Shown: positions 1-7,740 of the stretch, in pieces | Numbering within the stretch: the stretch's first letter is position 1 | Layout: each line of letters opens with the position of its first letter | Assembly: GCA_905250055.1 (NCBI GenBank) | Contig: CAJNOF010002727.1 | Coordinates: 1-12,557 of the forward strand | Direction: 5' to 3' | From: Rotaria sp. | Taxonomy: Eukaryota | DNA: 12,557 bases | Notes under the pieces: model-generated | Told to the model about the DNA's origin: nothing | Seen by the model: the letters and a program-made list of their open reading frames with translations, nothing else | Database searches by the model: none | Program-made: the position numbers and the translations under genes

Positions 1-290
1 CACTTTCAAAACGATCTCTGTTTTACGTCGCCAAAAAGAAAAAAGTCCTTGCTATCACATGCTGTGACGTATGACGAAAGAACAGAATAAAATATTACAC
101 AAGCTCTCGCAATTACGTGCATGACTGTTTTGATTTAGCAGAGCTGTTTCATAACAGTTGTGAAATGTGTTGCCGGGCATAGTTGAAAGAAGCAAGTCAT
201 CCTTCTGAAAAAATGAGTTTTTCTGAAAGTTTTACATTCGATTTTCTTTTATCTTGTTTGTCTTTTCTAGAACGAAAATCTGGCATTAAT

Positions 291-621
291 ATGTCGTCAG
301 AAAGTTTACCATCTCAAGTCGGTCCCGTCTACCACATCCTACCGTTTTATTATATTCACGTATTAGATCAAAATACAGGCATAACACGGTTGAAAATTGG
401 TCCGAAAACATTTTTTAAGCAAGACAATGAGATAATTACTCTAGGACCAGAAAAAATGATCATTTTACCACCAAGACACTATTGCGTTGTCGAAAATCCC
501 GTTATGAAAAACGAAATTGGTCAAGTACAATTCGATGAAAATGGCCAAGTAAAATTGTTACATGGCGATATAGAAATCCGATTGGGCAAAGATTATAAAG
601 AGCCTTTTCCATTATATCCCG
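291..621 (+). CDS. MVP: Major vault protein (MVP) homolog, first coding exon (N-terminal MVP repeat region)
   Basis: From ATG 291 the frame reads [110 protein letters not shown]. This is colinear with the human MVP N-terminus as I remember it (..[61 protein letters not shown]). The only GT before the in-frame TGA at 645-647 is at 622-623, which forces the donor there. The acceptor-like tcttttctag at 261-270 suggests a 5'UTR intron or trans-splice site, so the upstream ATGs at 183 and 213 are probably not the start. Confidence 0.6.
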
Positions 622-747
622 GTGAAACTTTAAGACAAGCGCCTTGAATTTCTTTATTAAAGCTAATTTTCCTAGTAACTGTCTGCATTATTATAGCTTG
701 TCACATTGTTAAACAGATTACGACTAATTCAGTATTATAATTGAAAG

Positions 748-811
748 CTCTTTTAGATTTTGATGATAGCGAAGAACAACGACAAGCTAGAGACGAATGG
801 TTATTTGAAGG
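748..811 (+). CDS. MVP: MVP-homologous segment (candidate exon 2; boundaries uncertain)
   Basis: The same frame as exon 1 reads (L)KALLDFDDSEEQRQARDEWLFEG, against human MVP [26 protein letters not shown]. An AG at 746-747 gives a phase-compatible acceptor for the donor at 622, joining as PLYP-A-LLDFDD. Candidate donors are GT at 812 or 817. Alternative acceptors are 696 (ttattatag, which would leave the stop at 738-740 in the exon) or 756 (ttttag). Confidence 0.4.
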
Positions 812-2041
812 GTCAAGTAAACAGCCGCATGTTCAGCTGTATCCAAATGATTTACTTTTTTCGAATTATGGAAATTGTTTTGTAGTTTTTGAATGATCTT
901 ATATGTCATACAAAGAAGTATCAATGGAAGAACGAATGAATGCTACCGTAATCGACTAGAATATCACAAAAATTATTCTTTCCAACCGAAATAATGAATG
1001 ATTTTAATCATCCATGGGTTAAAATCCGTGTCATTGTTGTAAAAATAAGACTTTTGTCAATGCGTTTCTTGTGCCAGAATCAAAAAGAAAGTATGCACAG
1101 TAAGCAGCGTGTGCGTGATCTGTTCCGACCATTCATACAATACGAAGATCGGTGTAATTTCATGAAAACATAAACAAGAAAATGGCCGTGTTCATTTCAA
1201 TCTGATTCGAGTGAAACCTATTAAGTAATGTGTGTCAGGATATGAAAATGGAAACACAGTGTTTGGTGCTGATTTGACGAATAATTAAACTGATTTGCAT
1301 CGACATTTATTGAACACTGTTTTTCATCCTACACAACAGTTGATTTTTTGTTTTTATAGCGCTGTATCAAATCACATTAATTCATGCATGACAATTTTTT
1401 TTTCGACTATTCAGCATGAAAACATGAGCCGTAGACAATGGACAGTGTCTTCTTTTAAGCAAAATAAGGTAGAGAGAAAGAAAAAAACTGATTCGTGGAT
1501 GTCTTTCATCGCGAAGGTCGAGTTCTGTTAATCATTCTCTTGTTAATGTTGTTTTTTAAGTTCGCCTTCAAATATCTTCCTCCTGTTGCTGATTTCATTG
1601 TCTTGGTAACAATGTCATGGAGCTCATATAAAGTACTGAAATTCATTTATTTCAATCACGTCATCAGTATCCCAAAACGAGCGATAGAGTGTGCGTATAC
1701 TACGGAAACACAAAAAAAATAGTTACAACACAAAAATATGATTTCGAAGACAGTTCTGAGCATTTTGTTTGCTTGCCATAGTAGTACTCGTAAGTATCTG
1801 TAGATTGTTGTGGTCTGCACCGATGAATATGATCAGAGTCTCCACACAGTTTCCTTCATGGTCGTTCTTGACTTTGAAATTCCTCTCATAAAAGCACAAG
1901 GCCGGTTTTTCGTTCGCCAAAAGAAGTGTGTAGTTTCATATGAATTGTAACGATTTGTGAAAAAGTTCTTCAACAATAGTTTTGGTTTGTGAATTCGATG
2001 TGTCTCCGAGGCGAAATTGGAAAGTTGAAGCTGACAACCTA

Positions 2042-2110
2042 GGGTATGGGCATGGGTGTTGTTGTGACCGTTTCTTTCACCACACTGGCATGTACCCTAC
2101 ACCCACACCC
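2042..2110. repeat. Short GT-rich/CA-rich hairpin-like element (GGGTATGGGCATGGGTGT ... ACCCTACACCCACACCC)
   Basis: A GGGT(A/G)T-rich left half and an ACACCC-rich right half are separated by ~20 bp. The arrangement matches the elements at 3861-3905 and 7741-7991. Confidence 0.35.
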
Positions 2111-2229
2111 TCAAAACTTGATTGATTTTTATGTAGGAAAATTGATTTCTACTTGTGTTCTTTCATTATAGAATAAAAAAAGTTCAGTCAAGAATTTCCA
2201 CTAGACAGTATTGGGTTTGCTAATATGCC

Positions 2230-2960
2230 TTAAGGGGACCCCCCCCTTTCCCGACTCAAAATTTTCACATTTTTCGTTTTTCATTTTTTGTGATTAGTAT
2301 GTAGATTTAAATACCCTCTATCTATTGAGCACACTTTGAGAACTGAAAACCCGCATGTTATCTATAAAAAACTCGAAAAAAATCGAAAAATATGCCAAAA
2401 AAATCAAAAAACACAATTTTCTTTGCATTTTTCTCGAAATCAGCTTTTTTGGTATCAAAAAACAGTTTTGCCCCCCTTTTCTCCGCCATTTCAAGTCCGA
2501 TCGGACTGAAAATTTTTTTGGTGAGACTTCAAGTGATTTGGGTTGGACGTTTTTTTTTTTTTGGGATACCTTCTACTAATCAAGTTTGGCAGACTTCGCA
2601 AAATTTTTAGGATCCAAAAAACCTACAGATTTTGCGAAGTGCTCAGTATTTTGGTTCTCCAGCCTGAAGTATTTGGAATTTTTGAAAAAAAAAAAAAAAC
2701 GTCCGCCCCGATTGGGTCCATCTACCCACAGTAAAAATTTCAGCTCAAACGGATGAAATCTGGGGAGTCCAGGGAGGGCAAAACGTTTTGCAAATTTTTG
2801 ACCTTGGGGTCTCTGGAAGTCCATGAAGATAACGTCTGGCAAATTTATGTCCATGACAACTTTTGCTCTACTACTCGAGGTCTATCTACCCTGAAAGTTT
2901 CAGGAATTTTCATTGGGCCGTTTCTTAGAAACGCCGGAAAGGGGGGGGGGGTCCCCTTAA
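2230..2960. mobile_element. Non-autonomous MITE with ~22-25 bp terminal inverted repeats (GGGGAC(8-11)TTTCC), flanked by TTAA on both sides
   Basis: Left end is TTAA|GGGGACCCCCCCCTTTCCCG at 2230-2253. Right end is CGCCGGAAAGGGGGGGGGGGTCCCC|TTAA at 2931-2960. The termini are reverse complements apart from homopolymer length. The flanking TTAA tetranucleotides look like a TTAA target-site duplication, as made by piggyBac-type transposases. The interior is non-coding and A/T-homopolymer rich, with small internal hairpins (cttcgcaaaat/attttgcgaag). Confidence 0.55.
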
Positions 2961-3026
2961 TGAATCATCTTTCCGTGTATTTGTTCAATTTGTTGAAGAA
3001 GGTCTCCAACAAGAAATCTCTTGCGT

Positions 3027-3041
3027 TATATATATATATAT
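3027..3041. repeat. (TA)n microsatellite
   Basis: tatatatatatatat. Confidence 0.6.
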
Positions 3042-3860
3042 CAGATGAGTAATGAAGGAGAACAAGTTTTGTTAAATTTATTGGTAATTTCAAACTCTTT
3101 TGTTTATCATCATATTGTTCATAAGAGAGAAATTCAACAAGATTTGTTTTAGTTTGATTATAATGTTCCAATCATTTTTAGAAATAATATTAATTCATAT
3201 TTAAATATTATCATATTGTTTTATATCATGTTGTAACAATTGACAAACTGTTTCATTGGAGTAAAAATATCCTTTAGTTTTCGATATTTACAAGTTCATA
3301 ATTGATTTTTTCATTTATTGTAAGAAAAAAGCATAAATTGAATTAAGATGAGATAAATTTTCAACAATAAATACAATCTGTTTTCCGAGAAAACTGAAAA
3401 CATTCCTAAAGAATTCTCATCTTTGATTTGATTGAGAAAGTGACTGTATTCGTTAATATTTGTAAATTTTTTAATAGAAATATTAATACGTCGAAGTTAA
3501 GTAATTGAATTTTCATAATCTTTGTTGAACAGAAAAATATATGACTCTAGTTCAACAATAATAACATTTTAGTGACGCAAACTGGGCGCTATCGACTCTG
3601 TTTCTTTATACCGTCTGCAGCTTTTTTCAATAGATTCTTCACAACTTTTTTTGATATTTTTTTTCCATGATTTCCAGAAGATTCAGATGTTGCAATAAGT
3701 AGTTTATAAGCTACTCCGATGGCGTATGTGAAATATTTTGACGGCATTAAATAAATTTTTATTGCCAAACTTGTTCTTCTTTTTACACACGGCTGTATTT
3801 TTATGTTAAAAATCTTTTTCGTTCATTGTTAACATAGTATTTTTTGATCATGATCATGTT

Positions 3861-3905
3861 GGGTGTGGTTGAAGTTAAAACTCACACCCACACCCACACC
3901 CTCCC
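3861..3905. repeat. Small GT/CA hairpin element: GGGTGTGG - loop TTGAAGTTAAAACTCA - CACCCACACCCACACCC
   Basis: The arms are reverse-complementary (GGGTGTGG / CACACCC). The loop sequence closely matches the loop of the large element at 7941-7968. Confidence 0.45.
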
Positions 3906-4041
3906 AAATCCCTTGATCTATCGATTGCGCACGTTAAAACATCCTCATCTATGTCATATTTTCGTTAAATCCGTTAAAATGCATTGTCGGCGAAAAAAAA
4001 CGTTTTTACGCGTTTACTTCTTTAATTCGTCGAGTTAACGA

Positions 4042-4452
4042 GTTTTACCCAAGCAGGCAAGAATTTGGAAAAACGCGTTTAAACCCTACAATCGGGAACC
4101 GCGATTGTGATCCACCCACGCTCAAAAAAAGAACGCCGTTTCTTGCGTGTTTCGCGTTTTTTTGCGCTTAATTTTCACTTTTTGGCCGTGAAAACGGCAA
4201 AAATCCCATTTTTTGAGCGTTAAAACGTGCTTTTACTTCTGAAGTTTTCTGGGACTTAAGAATCAAGCGTTTTAGCGCTCAAAAAGTGGAATTTTCGCCG
4301 TTTTCACAGCCACAAAGTGAAAATTAAGCGCAAAAAAACGCGAAACACGTAAAAAACGGCGTTATTTTTTTGAGCGTGAGTGGATCACAATCGCAGTTCC
4401 CGATTGTAGGGTTTAAATGCGTTTTTCCAAATTCTTGTCTGCTTGGGTAAAG
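4042..4452. mobile_element. Large near-perfect foldback (inverted-repeat) element, ~200-bp arms with a ~20-30 bp central spacer
   Basis: The left arm at 4043-4240 is the reverse complement of the right arm at 4258-4452. One example is ttttacccaagcaggcaagaatttggaaaaacgcgtttaaaccctacaatcgggaaccgcgattgtgatccacccacgctcaaaaaaa against tttttttgagcgtgagtggatcacaatcgcagttcccgattgtagggtttaaatgcgtttttccaaattcttgtctgcttgggtaaa. Only a few mismatches appear deeper in the arms. The element is CpG-rich relative to its surroundings. Confidence 0.7.
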
Positions 4453-4505
4453 CGTTGTTTTCTTCAGTTTTCATCATTAACGCGTGAAAACAACGTTGTA
4501 ACCAT

Positions 4506-5633
4506 TTATCTGTCTGCGTGGGTAGCCCATAACTTGTCTTTCGTATAAAGTAAGAATCGCCCAACGTACGATGTATTCCAAAACTGTTGCATATAAAATT
4601 TTGATGGACTAGCCAAAGTAAAAAATGTCGTTGTCAAAGTCAAATCATGGAGTAATATGAAAATTGTTCTCAGTTTTCCAACAACGTGGGTATCCGCTTT
4701 TGAGCAAGTCATAAAATAGTCCAATATAAAATATGGCATCTCGCAGAGTGTAACTACAAGTGGCTGAAGAATGAAATCTCGATGATTTAATATGATAACT
4801 TTTATTGAGGACCCTAGTGAGCTACTATCAGCTGTGAAATGTAGCCGATGTCGGAGAAGATGATATAGAATGAAAAGACATGAAATGAATAATGCAGTTG
4901 GTGCAGCCAAATAATTGAGTCGATAAAGGATAGAATAGAAAATGTATCCAGTTGAAGTAAAATCTAACAGACAAGAATCAACGCAAGAATAACTGTTTTT
5001 TGTACCGAACATATTTACCGAAATATTTGTTACTGGCACAATAATGTAAAGACATACGCTTGAAATAAGAGAACGTCGTCTTGGACCGTATAAACTGACA
5101 AATGAATATTCGATAAGAAGCCGTTCAATTGCAATGTACAATATTAACCAGAAGACACAATAGATCAATGATGGCATAAATAAAGTAATCATAACACACT
5201 CAAATAAATAGTGGTCGCTTCCTAATTTAGCAGCACCAACAAAAACATAGATATATACATACACTCCATACATAATACTAAGAATTAAACACGAAAATGA
5301 AAGTAATATCAGATAGACACCTAAATTGGTAATGCGAATCTTTGAACTGCATAGAAATGTCTGTAATGCTAGAAAGTTACTGAGAAGAGATACGATTGCT
5401 AGTATTAAATCAAATATTGTATTGATTAGTAGATCGTTTTTGAAACGTTTATCTTCTGATATACTCATGTACCATAGATTACGTGAGTATTTTTCCGTTT
5501 CGCAAAAAGAATCTGTAAAACAGTTTGTGCATAAACAAGTAAAGTTAGCGATGGAGGACTTGTTGAGAAGACATTGACCATTATGTTGGCAAATGTTCAA
5601 TGGACATAACATAAAATCGCTTAAATTAGGCAT
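4506..5633 (-). CDS. Intronless 7-TM rhodopsin-type receptor (orphan GPCR), 375 aa, with an N-terminal EGF-like Cys-rich module
   Basis: This is an uninterrupted 1128-nt ORF. Seven hydrophobic helices can be assigned. TM1 has N in the SNFLAL context. A Cys sits at the top of TM3 (FECVM) and a second Cys in ECL2 (SYSCVDSC). IAIERLL sits at the TM3 cytoplasmic end where class-A receptors carry (D/E)RY. A Pro lies in TM5 (AAPTALF). TM7 carries SPSKFY where NPxxY is expected. The N-terminus CPLNICQHNGQCLLNKSSIANFTCLCTNCFTDSFC has EGF-like Cys spacing (C-x5-C-x5-C-x11-C-x-C-x8-C) and two N-glycosylation sequons. Confidence 0.7.
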   Translation of the reverse strand: MPNLSDFMLCPLNICQHNGQCLLNKSSIANFTCLCTNCFTDSFCETEKYSRNLWYMSISEDKRFKNDLLINTIFDLILAIVSLLSNFLALQTFLCSSKIRITNLGVYLILLSFSCLILSIMYGVYVYIYVFVGAAKLGSDHYLFECVMITLFMPSLIYCVFWLILYIAIERLLIEYSFVSLYGPRRRSLISSVCLYIIVPVTNISVNMFGTKNSYSCVDSCLLDFTSTGYIFYSILYRLNYLAAPTALFISCLFILYHLLRHRLHFTADSSSLGSSIKVIILNHRDFILQPLVVTLCEMPYFILDYFMTCSKADTHVVGKLRTIFILLHDLTLTTTFFTLASPSKFYMQQFWNTSYVGRFLLYTKDKLWATHADR

Positions 5634-6054
5634 CTTTTAAAATGAAAATAATGTAACATAACAGGTATAACTAACGATGTAGATGTAAGCAACAAAGAAA
5701 TGGCATTGTGAGCAGGTACAGTTTTATAATGAATTCTGTCAATAAAAAAATTCAAAAAAAACAAAATGACATTATTTACAAAACTTCCGATTCTTCTTTA
5801 ATAAAACCTATTCATTTCCTTTGAAACATTATTGTGTGAATCGATCAACTACTTTGTGTATAACTATATGATAGTCGCTTCATCAATGGTCATGGCACAT
5901 AGGTGCTTCTAGAGGGGCGGCAGAATTCTCACAAACAGTATTTAAGAATTCTGTACTGTGCATACATGTATCATTATTTACATCCACAATCTCTTTATAT
6001 TAATAAAGTTCTTATAATAATGTAGTAAAATAATAATAATTCTATTATGAATTC

Positions 6055-6540
6055 TGTTCATTACACCAGAATTGTCTCAGGATTCTGATTTCCTAGCAGA
6101 ATTGTGTTTCATCATATATACATATCCCTCCATCGAAATCAAAACTCTGCTTAGAATTTTGTTTTCCCAGCAGAATTTTCCCAGAATTCTGTTTTTCTAG
6201 CAGAATTGTGTTCCATAATATACACTGATCTCTGCTAAGAAATCAAAATTCTGCTTACAATTCTGTTTTCCAAACAGAATTGTGTTGGGATTCTGATTTC
6301 CTAGCTGGATTGTGTTTCATCATATACACATATCTCTCCATCAAAATCACAATCCTGCTTAGAATTTTGGTTTCCCAGTAGATTTTTCTCAGAATTTTGT
6401 ATGATCTTACATACTTATCCCAGCGCCTAAAACAAAATTCTGCTTAGAATTTTGTTTTAATGGTAGAATTTGTTCAGAATTCTGACTTTCTAGCAGAATT
6501 ATCGTTCATTACACTCACTTATTTCTAAAAGAATTAAATT
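6055..6540. repeat. Satellite-like tandem repeat, ~103-bp unit, ~4.5 degenerate copies, built around the palindromic core CAGAATTCTG
   Basis: Landmarks recur: ctagcagaattgtgtt(t)cat at 6094, 6197, 6301 and 6490, and ctgcttagaattttgttttcccagcagaatt at ~6150, 6356 and 6445. The spacing is 103-104 bp. Isolated copies of the core lie at 5921, 5947 and 6891. Confidence 0.65.
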
Positions 6541-6549
6541 TTTAGTTTA

Positions 6550-7075
6550 ATGCCAATGTTGACGAGTTTCAGGAAGATTTTAATCAATATATTTAAGAAA
6601 GTTCGCCATGAAGAACACCATAATGATTTAAATCATTTTGATGTTCCGCATGCTGAGGAAACTATCACTCAGATTCATTTCAATTTTTGTGATGAAGGAC
6701 AATATAATGATTTAAATCATGTTGAAATTCCGCATGTACAAAAACATATCAATTAGAATAATGTCAATCTTTGTCATGAGAAACACCATAAATCATGTAC
6801 TCATAGCAACACCCACATTCGACTGGTGTTAACATTTGTCGTTTAGATGCAGGTATAAGCCTACATCGTAAAACACAATTCTCCTAAGGGCGTAGAATTC
6901 TAGTTAAATTCTGTTGTAAAAAAAGTTCTCAGCATAATAATGATTTAGATGCAGAACATCAACATGATTTGAATCATTATGTTGTTTTTCATGACAAACA
7001 TTGGCATTATTCGGATTGATATTTTCTTTTACATGCGGAATTTCAGCATGATTGAAAAGCATGTATCAAAAAAAT
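6550..7075. repeat. Complex direct plus inverted duplication of a ~45-60 bp unit (aatgatttaaatcat[gt]ttga[at][ga]ttccgcatg...)
   Basis: Direct copies lie at 6616-6655 and 6690-6740. The region 6990-7060 is the reverse complement of 6706-6770 (aatcatgctgaaattccgcatgtaaaagaaaatatcaatccgaataatgccaatgttt against aatcatgttgaaattccgcatgtacaaaaacatatcaattagaataatgtcaatcttt). The segment 6960-7000 is the reverse complement of the start at 6550 (atgccaatgtt...). Confidence 0.55.
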
Positions 7076-7159
7076 GAATATATATTTAGAATGAGTTTAA
7101 TGTTTATATACGATCGGTACTTTATATAGCCGAACATGTTTGGTCTTTTTAATGATCAT

Positions 7160-7440
7160 TCCCAAGCTGCCAGTCGATGGATATTTCGAGGCATCGACTT
7201 GAGGTACTCGATGAATTGATAGCATTTCAAATTGTACACCCATCGACGACCCCTCGACCTATCGGAAAATGACACTCTGAGGAGTCGATCTAGGGCTTCG
7301 ATGCCCATCGAAGAACCTATCTCGATAGGTTCCTATGGATAAAATTCATAGAGATTCGAGCAGTCGATATTCCAACTACTCGAAATTTTTTTGAAATTTC
7401 AAAAAGTTTTAGTTTCCAGTATTACTCCTTTTTCGAGGGA
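7160..7440. other. Dense cluster of TCGA-containing motifs ([ACT]TCGA[TCG]), ~14 copies in ~280 bp, including near-palindromes cttcgatgcccatcgaag and gaacctatctcgataggttcc
   Basis: TCGA occurrences: gtcgatgg, ttcgagg, atcgact, ctcgatg, atcgacg, ctcgacc, gtcgatc, ttcgatg, atcgaag, ctcgata, ttcgagc, gtcgata, ctcgaaa, ttcgagg. The rest of the window is CpG-poor. Confidence 0.4.
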
Positions 7441-7740
7441 TCAACATCTATCGGTTATTTTTGCAGAAGAGAAGATTCGAACATATGTACTTACGATGAA
7501 GAAGCTTATGCAGATCAGATGAACTAAATATGACGTTCTAATCTTACATAAACTTTTGTTTCATCATGAAAAATATTATAAGTTGAATTTTTTTTCTAAA
7601 TTTTCTTTTCATACATAATATTGATTATTTTTTTCAAAGAATGTATGAATAGTCTGTTATTATGAATAATTGACAAAGCAAATCTGTCTGTTATGAGTTT
7701 CATTGTATTAAACAGAAGATTCATATTAAAAAAAAAACTA

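Noticed and set aside
183-290. Upstream in-frame ATGs (183, 213) extending the MVP ORF by 36 aa (MKEASHPSEKMSFSESFTFDFLLSCLSFLERKSGIN)
   Set aside because: There is no MVP homology before residue ~45. A strong acceptor-like tcttttctAG at 261-270 sits just before ATG 291. The extension is more likely 5'UTR or intron sequence than coding.
1072-1180. Peptide CQNQKESMHSKQRVRD.. resembling MVP RQNQALRLRARKE
   Set aside because: Only the QNQ tripeptide matches. The frame differs from the other MVP blocks. The similarity is too weak to call an exon.
1295-1722. Two overlapping + strand ORFs (78 and 75 aa)
   Set aside because: The peptides are AT-codon-biased and low-complexity (F/L/I/K/N rich), resemble nothing I recognise, and have no splice-signal support. 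They are typical chance ORFs in AT-rich DNA.
1723-1920. Minus-strand ORF containing ERNFKVKNDHEG, faintly reminiscent of the MVP repeat motif RRNFRDFRG
   Set aside because: Only ~4 residues match. It is on the opposite strand to the MVP exons and the spacing does not align. I treat it as coincidence.
2355-3052. Several ORFs (63-99 aa) on both strands
   Set aside because: They lie entirely inside the TTAA-flanked MITE and are homopolymer-driven (poly-F/poly-K). They are non-coding filler.
5326-5577. 83-aa + strand ORF
   Set aside because: It is antisense to, and wholly contained in, the GPCR ORF. The GPCR frame has a coherent 7-TM architecture and this one does not.
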